Shown piece by piece: positions 28,756 through 37,748 of a stretch of 64,000 bases of DNA (positions are counted from its first letter, which is position 1; each line of letters starts with the position of its first letter). A program made the translations under genes and the position numbers. The notes beneath the pieces were generated by a model. The model was not told where the DNA came from. It saw nothing but the letters and a program-made list of their open reading frames with translations, and made no database searches. Origin of the DNA: a bacterium (GTDB taxonomy: Bacteria > Hydrothermota > 32-111); assembly GCA_050239825.1 (NCBI GenBank), contig JBFXGO010000001.1:3188-67187 (forward strand), read 5' to 3'.

Positions 28756-29847
28756 ATGACCCAGATCAAGAATGATAACCGAATGGGGTGGATCCGCAAT
28801 TTAGAGAAATTGAGCAAAAAAGAAACTGATAGCTATTTTGTTGAATATGAGATTGCGACAGAGTGCCATATAGCAGGTATACTGGATTACGGTACCGGTA
28901 TTATTTTGTGTGGAGGGTTAACCATAGAGAAAGATGAGAATGGGCTTTATCATTATTTACTAAAAGTAAGGTATGCGGGCGTAAAAGAACCTTATTACAA
29001 TAATAAAGCGAATAAAAAAGGATATTATTTTAAGGACGGCATACTTGGTGAACTCCTTTCCATTTTTTCTTTATACTTTCAATGTCGTTTTTATTTGATA
29101 GCAACTTTTACTGGAGAATTAACCAATCATGGATTAAGAATAAAAACAGGAAATAAGTTCATTTATAGAGCGTGTAATCCAGTCATTCACCCACAAATTT
29201 TTTCTTCCAAGAGTAGAGACCTTGCGATTGGATTATCCGATTTTTTAGATACAATAAAATCATTAGACACGAAGTATCATCAACAGTTTATTTTGACATG
29301 TTTTCACTATGCCCAATCATTAAAAGAAATAGGCGTTGACAGCGAAATGGTATTTATCAGGTTGGTATCCGCAATTGAATCAATTTCAAAATTTATCAAA
29401 TTGGATAAAAAAGTTGATTTATTTAATGGAAAAACTTTTGAAAATATTGTAAAGAGCGATGCTCTTTCAAAAACAGAAACGGAAGAATTAAAGAAAACTT
29501 TTGAGAATAGAAAATCAAAAGCAAGATTTATTACTTTTATTGAAAAATACTCAAGCGGATATTTTAAGGGCGGGAATTACAAAGCAAAACACTGCAAAAT
29601 CTCTAAAAAGCAGCTGCCAAAAGTTTTGCGGACTATTTATGACGCTCGCTCAGCTTATTTACATAACGGCGAGCCAATGTATTTAAGCCAGCCAATGTAT
29701 GGTGGAGAAAAATGGGACACTGATCCGAATATAGGCATGATAGTAGACAATAGGTCTTTCTCCGTTTCGCAAAAATTACCATTTACCTATTTTTTTGAAG
29801 GTTTAGTTAGACAATGTTTGTTGAATTTCTTGAAGCAAAAAAAATAA
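28756..29847 (+). CDS. Uncharacterised protein (363 aa) with a C-terminal Rx4H motif; possible HEPN/Abi-like nuclease.
   Basis: ...LRTIYDARSAYLHNGEP... contains R-x4-H. No MTase or PD-(D/E)xK motif. Embedded in the RM operon. Confidence 0.4.
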   Translation: MTQIKNDNRMGWIRNLEKLSKKETDSYFVEYEIATECHIAGILDYGTGIILCGGLTIEKDENGLYHYLLKVRYAGVKEPYYNNKANKKGYYFKDGILGELLSIFSLYFQCRFYLIATFTGELTNHGLRIKTGNKFIYRACNPVIHPQIFSSKSRDLAIGLSDFLDTIKSLDTKYHQQFILTCFHYAQSLKEIGVDSEMVFIRLVSAIESISKFIKLDKKVDLFNGKTFENIVKSDALSKTETEELKKTFENRKSKARFITFIEKYSSGYFKGGNYKAKHCKISKKQLPKVLRTIYDARSAYLHNGEPMYLSQPMYGGEKWDTDPNIGMIVDNRSFSVSQKLPFTYFFEGLVRQCLLNFLKQKK

Positions 29848-29848
29848 T

Positions 29849-30532
29849 ATGGATAAACTTCAAATAGAATCAACAACACTTTGGGATTTTCCGAGACAAA
29901 ATTATGGTGACAAGCCACATGGAAACAATAAATACAATGGCGTAACGCCGGCTTTTGTCATTTGGAATTTACTCCAAAGATATACCAAAGAGGGTGATTT
30001 AGTTGTCGATCCGATGTGCGGGAGCGGAACAACAATTGATGTTGCAAAAGAATTGAACCGAAAAGTAATCGGCTATGATTTGAATATTGTTAGGTCCGAT
30101 GTAATTAAAAACGATTCTCGGAAAATCCCGCTTGCGGACAATTCTGTTGATTTTGTTTTTATTGATTCACCATACTCCGATAATATTAATTATTCTGACA
30201 ACAAGGAATGTATCGGTAAAATTTCTTGCGAGAAAACAGAATTTTATGATGAATTAGAAAAAACCGCTTCCGAAATTGCAAGAATTTTGAAGCCAGGAAA
30301 AGTTATGGGCTGGGTTATTGCTGATCAATGGATTAAAAAGAAATTTACGGCTGTTGGATTTTTGATGTGGCAAAGATTGGAAAAACATTTTGAGCCTATG
30401 GATATTGTTTGTTTAACAAGACACAATCAAACGTCAAACACTGGAGTTTGGCACAACAGAGCAAGGCAGTTTAATTTTTATTTAAGAGGTTTTAAATATT
30501 TGTTTATAATGAGGAAGCCAGAAAATAAATAG
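29849..30532 (+). CDS. Small DNA amino-methyltransferase (227 aa).
   Basis: Motif I context NGVTPAFVIWNLLQRYTKEGDLVVDPMCGSGTT (pfam01555-like). Motif IV FIDSPY about 50 aa later. Then RILKPGKVMGWVI. Confidence 0.75.
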   Translation: MDKLQIESTTLWDFPRQNYGDKPHGNNKYNGVTPAFVIWNLLQRYTKEGDLVVDPMCGSGTTIDVAKELNRKVIGYDLNIVRSDVIKNDSRKIPLADNSVDFVFIDSPYSDNINYSDNKECIGKISCEKTEFYDELEKTASEIARILKPGKVMGWVIADQWIKKKFTAVGFLMWQRLEKHFEPMDIVCLTRHNQTSNTGVWHNRARQFNFYLRGFKYLFIMRKPENK

Positions 30533-30945
30533 GCCGTATTTCGCAAAGCGAAATGCGCCGCCAAAAGAGATGTTGCCCCACCACTGAAAGAACTGCTATC
30601 TCGGTGCTTTACTTTTTACTATTATAATTGTTTTGGAATATTCCAAAACGCGCATTATATAATGAATTTGAAAGAAAAAGCGATGAAATTTCAATTCAAT
30701 ATAATTTCCTTAAAATTACTTAAAGTTTAACAAAAATATTTTGATTTCAACCATACCCTCCCAAATACTCATCAATAGAGGATGTTTGAGCAGTTTGGCA
30801 AAATAAAAAAGTAAAGTACCGATATTAACATTTTTTAACAGGGGCTATAGAATGCTAATTTTGACTGAGATTCAGAGAAATGATAAAATAAATACAATCA
30901 GTAGATAAAGAATTATTTGTAATTGCCTGATAAGGAACAAAAGAA

Positions 30946-31862
30946 ATGGCAAAAGCAATAGATACAAAAAATGTCACAAAAAATTCGGTAAATTAAAAGC
31001 TTTGATAATGTCTCTATCAGTATTGATAAGGGTGAAATCTACGGGTTTTTGGGTCTAAACGTAGCGGGGAAGACAACAACAATCAGAATGCTTTTGGGAA
31101 TGATGAAACCGAACGGAGGCACTGCATATATTAACGGCAAAGAAGTTAATGCAGGCAATCATAAATTATGGAAAGACATCAGATACTTGGTTGAAATGCC
31201 TTATTCGTATCCGGAGCTGAGTGTTTATGAGAATCTCGAATCAGTAAGACGGTTAAGGGGAATCAGCGACAAAAAGGTTATAGATTTTGTAATAAAGAAA
31301 CTTCATCTTACTGAATATAGAGATAAGTATGCAAATAAACTCTCTCTTGGAAACGCACAGAGATTGGGTATAGCAAAAGCGATAATGCATAATCCGAGCA
31401 TACTGTTTTTTGATGAGCCTTCAAATGGGCTTGACCCTGCAGGCATAGTTGAGATACGGGAGCTTTTGATTGATTTGGCAGAGAATCACGGTGTAACAAT
31501 TTTTATTTCAAGCCATATACTCGGTGAAATTTCCAAATTTGCTTCCCGAATCGGAATTATAAACAACGGCAAACTTATTCAAGAGGCTGATTCACAAAAA
31601 ATCAATATATTGAATCAAAAAAAAACTTATAGTGGATGTTATTGACAGAGAGGGTGCTTTGAAAACCCTTGCGGATAAAGGATTCTCCTGCTCAAAATCC
31701 TCTGAAGGATTCTTAGAAATAAGCGACGAGGATGTCATTAATCATCCGGAAAAAATATCGACTATGCTTGTGGAGTCAGGGTTCCCTCCAATTTTGCTGA
31801 GACAAAAAGAAGAGGATTTGGAGTCATATTTTTTCAATGTAATCAAAGGAGAAGAGAGATAA
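30946..31862 (+). pseudogene. ABC transporter ATP-binding protein, disrupted by three frameshifts.
   Basis: AAGGA RBS. The ATG 30946 frame gives MAKAIDTKNVTK then a stop. Walker A GLNVAGKTTT, ABC signature LSLGNAQRL and Walker B ILFFDEP lie in the next frame (31049-31645). The C-terminal domain sits in a third frame (31632-31862). Shifts are at the A6 run 30978-30983, at ttg|ata 31002-31007 and at the A9 run 31617-31625. Confidence 0.75.
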
Positions 31863-31872
31863 AATAAAAAAT

Positions 31873-32645
31873 TTGTCTTTGATGATGTGGATTGAATTTT
31901 TCAAATTGAAAAAATTGAAAGTATTTGTTGGGTCGATGATATTCTTTGCATTTATAGCTCTAATGCTCGGATTGCTTATTTTTATATCCAAGCATCCTCA
32001 GATAATGGGCTCATCTGATATTTTATATGCTAAGCCGTCAGTATTTATAAATGCGGATTGGCCATTTTTTTTGAGAATAATGATACAATTTATTTCAATG
32101 ATGGGAATACTCGGCACGGATATGCAACCAGTTGGATATTCGGCAGAGAATATTCTGATAAAACAGCAAAGGATATTCTTGCAACGCCGATTTCAAGGGC
32201 TAATATATTTATAGCAAAAATGATTGTAGTCTTACTCTGGTGCATCCTTCTGGTGATAGTATTTTTCATTTGCAGTATGATTGTCGGTTTTGCGACAAAT
32301 CTTGGAGGATTGTCCAATCCGTTTTTTATTCATTAAATAAAGTTATTTTCAATTTCAGAATTGCTGACTATATGCCTGTCAACCCCTGTGGCTTTTTTGG
32401 CAAGTTACAGCAGAGGATATCTTCTCCCTTTGGGTTTTCTTATATTTATTTTAATGTTTTCCAAATTGATCGGGGTCGGACTATCCGTACTGGCGCCATA
32501 TTTCCCATGGGCGGTTCCCGGCTTATATGGAACTTCTGTCGGCAATTCACAATTGGGTTTTGTGTCTTATTTTATATTCTTTCTGACATGCTTGTTGGGA
32601 TTTTTGGCAACAATATTGTGGTGGCGATATGCTAACCAGACTTAA
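31873..32645 (+). pseudogene. ABC-2 family permease, fragmented by one or more frameshifts and an in-frame stop.
   Basis: The N-terminal TM segment (31873-) and the conserved GNTRHGYATSWIFGREYSDKTAKDILATPISRANIFIAK (32058-) are in different frames, with a T8 run near 32063. There is an in-frame TAA at 32334-32336, and the frame then continues open to 32645. Confidence 0.65.
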
Positions 32646-32703
32646 AGATGAATTTTAATTATCAATTTTGTTTATTCTTAGTTGAAAGCTATTTGAATAA
32701 TGT

Positions 32704-33888
32704 TCATTTTTTGAGGCGGGATATATAGAAAGATTCTATCTGCTTTGCCACATTCTCCCATGAGTATTTATCTGCAAGAGTGAATCCGTTTTTTATGCAC
32801 TTTTCTCTTAATGCTTTATCATCTGCAAGCTGAATTATCTTTTTTACAATGTCATCTTCGTCTCCTGTTTCAAACAATAAACCATTTTCATTATCCTTAA
32901 CAACCTGAGAGTATCCGTGAATATTGGATGCAACTACGGGAGTTCCTGAAGCCATAGCTTCAAGAAGAACTATTCCGAACGACTCACCGCCTAAAGCGGG
33001 GGAGCAGTATATGTCTGCTGATTTATAGTATGACGGAATCTCTCCGAAAGGAATGAAACCCTTGAATTCTACAGAATTCTCTATTTTTAAGTGCTTAGCC
33101 AAATTGCGTGCTTCACTGTCAAGAGGACCTTTCCCTGCTATAACAAGCTGTGCTTTGGGTTTCAAAGTTAAAAGTTTTTTAAACGCATTTATCATTACAA
33201 TAACGCCTTTTCTTTCGTCAAGTCTTCCGAGAAAAAGAACTCTCGGGTATCCCTCTTCCAAATCATCTCTTTCTTTAACATTCGGATTGAACACTTCAGT
33301 ATCCACTCCTGCAGGGATAATTGCATACTCTCCGGGGAAATACGGTTCCATTGCTTTTTTAGCTGTTTCAGATATTGCAAAAAGCCCGTTGATTTTTTTT
33401 AGATATTTTCCGTACAGAAATTTTGCAATTGACGCTCCTGTTGAATTGAAAGAGAAACCGGCATTGAGAAATGCCGCTATATTGACTGATTTGGAATAGT
33501 GAAGGGCGAAGAATGAAATTGAAGGAGGAAATGGTCCGTTAAGATGAATTATATCATAATGATTATTATGAAGCAGATTCTTTACTTTTGCAGGTATATC
33601 AAGCCCGAAAGACATTGTCGCGTATGACTTGTTCATGGGTATCATCAAAACTCTACCGAAGCGGATTACATGGTCATCTTCAATTTCATTTTTGTAATGG
33701 GTTGTAAGTATTGTGACTCTGTTTCCAAATTTTCTCAGGTATTTTGCCAGATAGAATGTGTACTCAGATATGCCTGACGGATATGGATAGTACGGGTCAG
33801 AGACGAGAAGAATATCAAGATTTTTCATAATTAAAAAATTATATGGTATAAATGCGAAAAGTAAAGCAAAAAATAGAGAGTCGAACAT
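32704..33888 (-). CDS. Glycosyltransferase family 4.
   Basis: C-terminal GT4 signature ...CSPALGGESFGIVLLEAMASGTPVVASNIHGYSQVV. An alternative start at 33828 (MKNLDILLVSDPYYP) is plausible and would clear the divergent promoter. Confidence 0.8.
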   Translation of the reverse strand: MFDSLFFALLFAFIPYNFLIMKNLDILLVSDPYYPYPSGISEYTFYLAKYLRKFGNRVTILTTHYKNEIEDDHVIRFGRVLMIPMNKSYATMSFGLDIPAKVKNLLHNNHYDIIHLNGPFPPSISFFALHYSKSVNIAAFLNAGFSFNSTGASIAKFLYGKYLKKINGLFAISETAKKAMEPYFPGEYAIIPAGVDTEVFNPNVKERDDLEEGYPRVLFLGRLDERKGVIVMINAFKKLLTLKPKAQLVIAGKGPLDSEARNLAKHLKIENSVEFKGFIPFGEIPSYYKSADIYCSPALGGESFGIVLLEAMASGTPVVASNIHGYSQVVKDNENGLLFETGDEDDIVKKIIQLADDKALREKCIKNGFTLADKYSWENVAKQIESFYISRLKK

Positions 33889-33890
33889 AA

Positions 33891-33918
33891 TTGACTATTC
33901 ATTTATATTTGATATAAT
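33891..33918 (+). promoter_or_regulatory. Sigma70-type promoter TTGACT-N16-TATAAT, likely giving a leaderless or near-leaderless J-domain protein transcript.
   Basis: -35 at 33891-33896 and -10 at 33913-33918. The ATG at 33927 is only 8-9 nt after the -10 and no RBS is present. Confidence 0.4.
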
Positions 33919-33926
33919 AATCAATT

Positions 33927-34589
33927 ATGAAAAACTACTATGAGATACTCAATGTTCCGCAGGAGGCGACAAAAGCGGAGATAAAGAAATCATATATAAT
34001 GCTTGCCAAAAGATACCATCCCGACAAAATAAATCAGGAGGGCGGTGAAGACAATGGAATGTTCGCCGATATTTCTGAAGCATACGAGGTATTGTCCGAC
34101 GACAACAAGAGGGCGGATTTTGACTCAAATCTGAAAAAATACAATGAAGGCATTGATGTCGAGCAAAAGAAGAGGGATGGAAAATTTGAACAGCTTCTTC
34201 TTAGGGCGAAGAAAAGGATACGGGAACGGAGGTTTTTGGAATCAATAGAGTACTTTCAGAAGCTTGAAAATAATTATAAATACACAAACAGACAGCCGAC
34301 TGCGGAGTTTTATTCTTATTACGGTTACGCATTATTCATGAGCGGAAAAGACAAAAAAAACGGAATTGATTACATGGACAAGGCAGTTACAAAAACAATG
34401 TTCTCCGATGAAGATTACATGACGAATCTCGCAGAGGCATACTACATGAACAATGAAAAGAAAAAAGCGGATGAACTGATAAAAAATGTATTCAGCGTCA
34501 ATTCAAAGAGCAAAAAGGCATACTTGCTTAGAAAAAAATATGCGCCAAAGAAGAAGAGTATTTTAGACATAATTTTCAGGAGGAAATAA
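33927..34589 (+). CDS. J-domain (DnaJ-like) protein with a TPR-like C-terminal region.
   Basis: [32 protein letters not shown] contains the HPD motif. Confidence 0.8.
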   Translation: MKNYYEILNVPQEATKAEIKKSYIMLAKRYHPDKINQEGGEDNGMFADISEAYEVLSDDNKRADFDSNLKKYNEGIDVEQKKRDGKFEQLLLRAKKRIRERRFLESIEYFQKLENNYKYTNRQPTAEFYSYYGYALFMSGKDKKNGIDYMDKAVTKTMFSDEDYMTNLAEAYYMNNEKKKADELIKNVFSVNSKSKKAYLLRKKYAPKKKSILDIIFRRK

Positions 34590-34954
34590 TGGACTTTGAC
34601 CTGGTTTTAAAGAATTCAGGAGAGAAGATTGCCGGATGTGTGGCCGTCTCACTTGTGGGAATTGACGGAATCGCCCTCTCTTCATATACAAAAAATGCAC
34701 AGTCAGACCTTTCTCTCGCCGACGCCGAGCTTGCTACTCTGTCGACGACGGCTGAAAAAATTTCAAGGGAGATAGGTGCCGGAGCAATGGCTGAAATAAT
34801 CCTTATAACAGGCAAGATGACAATAGTCACTGCAATGGTGGGGAAGGACTACTACATTTACTATGCTCTGACAGGAAAAGAGCAGAATGTGGGATTGGCA
34901 AGGTATGAAATAAAGCGTCTCACACGAGAGCTCTCCCCGGTCATCTACGGTTGA
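34589..34954 (+). CDS. Roadblock/LC7 (MglB-like) domain protein.
   Basis: 121 aa. Pattern ...GCVAVSLVGIDGIALSSY...TLSTTAEKISREIG...IILITGKMTIVT... fits the Roadblock/LC7 fold. Confidence 0.5.
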   Translation: MDFDLVLKNSGEKIAGCVAVSLVGIDGIALSSYTKNAQSDLSLADAELATLSTTAEKISREIGAGAMAEIILITGKMTIVTAMVGKDYYIYYALTGKEQNVGLARYEIKRLTRELSPVIYG

Positions 34955-36300
34955 TGGGAAACCCTTTATATTATATTCTCTTTTCTCTCATCTTCGGTTT
35001 TTTTCTTGAGCATTCTCTGCTTTTGATAATTTTTCCATTATGCTTCATTGTTTACTCGTTTTTTTGCAGGAGGCTTCTCATATCCCTTTCAATTGCTCTT
35101 GCTCTTTTATCGGGGTACCTGCTCTCATTTGACATAAACCCGCCGATTCTCGAAAATGGCAACTATGAGCTTGAAATGGATGTCAGGAGGTCTCTCAGGT
35201 ATGATTACATAGTCTCTGCCCACGGTATGAAAATTCTGCTTAAAACTGATTATTCATTGTTTGAGGGGGACAAAGTATACGGTTTGTTCAAAGTGAAGAA
35301 AATTGAAGGGGTAAGGGACTATGAGAAGTATCTCATTGAAAGCGGTATCTTTCATTCGGCCGCACCTGTTGAAATAGATTCTGTCAAAAGCGTCATGGGA
35401 ATTGAAAGGATCCGCACTCTTCTAATCAACAAAGTAAAGACTCTCTATCCGCAGGAGGAAATAAGCGGATTCATAAATTCTCTTCTATGGGGGTACAGAA
35501 AAGATCTGAACGCGGCTTTGAAAAAGGGATTCCTCCATAGCGGAGTTATACATCTGATAGCCATAAGCGGCCAGCACACAACAGTCATATTCTCTCTGAT
35601 AATGGCTCTGCTCTTTCCGCTTCCTGTTCTTAAGAAAATTAAAATGATTTTTGCGGGTTTGATTATAATATTCTACGGTTACCTGACATATCTGAATCCT
35701 CCTGTCATGAGGGCTGTTGTTTTCATTATAATCATTATAATAGGTTCTCTTTCGGCAAGAGAGGCGGACAATGAAAATATGCTGATGGTCGTTATGATGC
35801 TGATGCTTGTTTTCAATAAATCCAATTTCACAGACGAAGGGTTTATGCTCTCATTTATCGCGGTGTATGGGCTTTTGCTGACTCCGAAGCTCTGTTATTC
35901 AAAGAGACCTGTGGTTATGCTGATTGCGTCGTCAATTATCATTCTGCTTCTCACTTTTCCATTTATGATGTTCAGATTCAAGTACATCTCTATAGGTTCG
36001 CCTGTTTTCACGTTTTTACTGCTTCCTCTATTCAACCTGATGCTTCCGCTCTCCCTGATTTCTCTGGCAATTCCGTTTTCATTTATTTCATCTGCAGTAA
36101 ATCTTCTTTTTCAGGTCACAGAAAAAATAGTCTTCTTTTCTGAAAATCTTCCACTCTTTTTCAACATTTCCATTGATGCGACCGCATTCATATTTCTCTT
36201 TTCGACGATTCTTTTGGCGCTCAATAAGAAATTCAAACTGAGCGCCGTATCATCTGCTTTTCTATTTTTATACTCGCTTTTCAGATTCAGTTGTTTGTGA
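34951..36300 (+). CDS. ComEC/Rec2-family integral membrane protein (competence domain only).
   Basis: Multi-pass membrane protein with the ComEC signature GFLHSGVIHLIAISGQHTTVIFSL. No metallo-beta-lactamase domain. Confidence 0.7.
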   Translation: MMGNPLYYILFSLIFGFFLEHSLLLIIFPLCFIVYSFFCRRLLISLSIALALLSGYLLSFDINPPILENGNYELEMDVRRSLRYDYIVSAHGMKILLKTDYSLFEGDKVYGLFKVKKIEGVRDYEKYLIESGIFHSAAPVEIDSVKSVMGIERIRTLLINKVKTLYPQEEISGFINSLLWGYRKDLNAALKKGFLHSGVIHLIAISGQHTTVIFSLIMALLFPLPVLKKIKMIFAGLIIIFYGYLTYLNPPVMRAVVFIIIIIIGSLSAREADNENMLMVVMMLMLVFNKSNFTDEGFMLSFIAVYGLLLTPKLCYSKRPVVMLIASSIIILLLTFPFMMFRFKYISIGSPVFTFLLLPLFNLMLPLSLISLAIPFSFISSAVNLLFQVTEKIVFFSENLPLFFNISIDATAFIFLFSTILLALNKKFKLSAVSSAFLFLYSLFRFSCL

Positions 36301-36580
36301 ATCCTATGCTTTTTCCGTCCTTTCCGTGTTCTTCAATCTTTATCTCACCGAAGGTGGATTCATACTTTTTTATCGCCTCTTCAATTGATTTCAGAAGGAG
36401 TTTCGCATGGGATGGGGTCATTATGATTCTTGTGTGAACCGAAGCCTCTGTGAGCCCCGGAAGCATTTTTGCAAAATCAAGTATAAACTCCGACTGGGAA
36501 TGGACTGTAAGCACAAGGTTCGCATACTTTCCCTCTGCTACCTCTTTGTCTATCTTGATGTTTATGTTCTTTTGGTTCAT
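36287..36580 (-). CDS. DUF3467-like small protein.
   Basis: 97 aa. ...FAKMLPGLTEASVHTRIIMTPSHAKLLLKSIEEAIKKYESTFGEI... Confidence 0.45.
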   Translation of the reverse strand: MNQKNINIKIDKEVAEGKYANLVLTVHSQSEFILDFAKMLPGLTEASVHTRIIMTPSHAKLLLKSIEEAIKKYESTFGEIKIEEHGKDGKSIGFTNN

Positions 36581-37698
36581 AGTGTGACTCCTTCAATTAA
36601 AAATTTACCGTCTTTATAGAAGAGTTTGTTGTCTCCATAGATTTCTCCTCCTTCCTTCATATCGCAGAGCATATCCCAGTGTATTGCGGATTTGTTTTTG
36701 CCGCCCGCCTCTTCAAATCCGTTGCCTATGGCTATGTGGACTGTGCCTCCGATTTTTTCATCAAACAGCATGTTCTTTACAAATCTGTCTATGCCGTAAT
36801 TTGTTCCGATTGCAGCCTCTCCGACCACTCTGGCTCCTTCATCAACGGAGAGCACTGTTTGAAGAAGCTCATCATTTTTCTTGGCAAATGCTCTGATAAT
36901 TTCGCCGTTTTTAAATTCTATGCTTATATCTTCAATCTCCTTTCCTGAATAGATTGCAGGGTATGAGAAACGAATCTTTCCGTTCAGACTTGATTCCACC
37001 GGGCTCGTGAAGATCTCTCCCGACGGAAAGTTATGCCTTCCGTCCGAGTTTATCCACCTTCTTCCCTCTGTCGAGAAAGTCAAATCCGTATCCTTTGACA
37101 CATACCTGAAATTCTTCATGTCTTTAAGAAAATCTATGATTTTATCCTGCATCTTGCTCACTTTATTCCATTCATCAACAGGGTTTTCTTTGTCGAGAAA
37201 ACACGCTCTCATTACGAAATCTTCAAAATCGCTTGAAGACATTCCGCTCTCCTGAGCAGAAGAATGTGTGGGGAAGTGAGTGATGACCCATTTGAGGTCG
37301 CCGCTTCCTGCTCTTTCAAAATAAGTCTCGTTGAGTTTCTTTCTCGACTGCATTGATGTCATGAGTTTTTTCGCAGGCACTGAGGAGAGGGATTTGATGT
37401 TGTTTTCCCCGCTTATAGTGATGAATGCGTTGTAGTTTTTAATCACCCACTCCTCTGCCGGGGAGACATACATAATCTGTTTTTCAGAAGCCTCCTTCAG
37501 GAATATTTCCGAGAGCTCGCTCTCAATTATCCTGAAATCAGGCTGGCCTCCCGCCTTTAGAATCTCCCTATACAGTTCCTTTATAAGTGGCATTGCCGCA
37601 TAGGAGCCGCGAATCATAACCTTATCGTCCGGTTTGACTGAAACGGAATAGTTGACCAGAGTCTTTGCCCATTTGGAAATTCTTGAATCAATAAGCAT
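36577..37698 (-). CDS. Aminopeptidase, M29 (AmpS/PepS) family.
   Basis: The N-terminal block LVNYSVSVKPDDKVMIRGSYAAMPLIKELYREILKAGGQP and the overall length fit thermophilic-metalloprotease M29 aminopeptidases. Confidence 0.65.
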   Translation of the reverse strand: MLIDSRISKWAKTLVNYSVSVKPDDKVMIRGSYAAMPLIKELYREILKAGGQPDFRIIESELSEIFLKEASEKQIMYVSPAEEWVIKNYNAFITISGENNIKSLSSVPAKKLMTSMQSRKKLNETYFERAGSGDLKWVITHFPTHSSAQESGMSSSDFEDFVMRACFLDKENPVDEWNKVSKMQDKIIDFLKDMKNFRYVSKDTDLTFSTEGRRWINSDGRHNFPSGEIFTSPVESSLNGKIRFSYPAIYSGKEIEDISIEFKNGEIIRAFAKKNDELLQTVLSVDEGARVVGEAAIGTNYGIDRFVKNMLFDEKIGGTVHIAIGNGFEEAGGKNKSAIHWDMLCDMKEGGEIYGDNKLFYKDGKFLIEGVTL

Positions 37699-37748
37699 AC
37701 TGCCTCCATTTGTATTGACATGTCAAAATTGAAAGTTATAATTTTGAC

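Noticed and set aside
30533-30945. AT-rich 410-nt spacer after the RM operon containing a small hairpin (atttcgc-aaa-gcgaaat at about 30546-30562)
   Set aside because: The hairpin lacks a U-tract on either strand, so it is not called as a terminator. The region is probably decayed insertion DNA or a promoter region for the ABC pseudogene.
30946-32645. Sequencing or assembly error as the explanation for the ABC operon frameshifts
   Set aside because: It cannot be excluded from sequence alone. It is judged less likely because disruptions are confined to this operon, include a clean in-frame TAA, and other long homopolymer-containing genes are intact. The issue is kept as a finding with a stated check.
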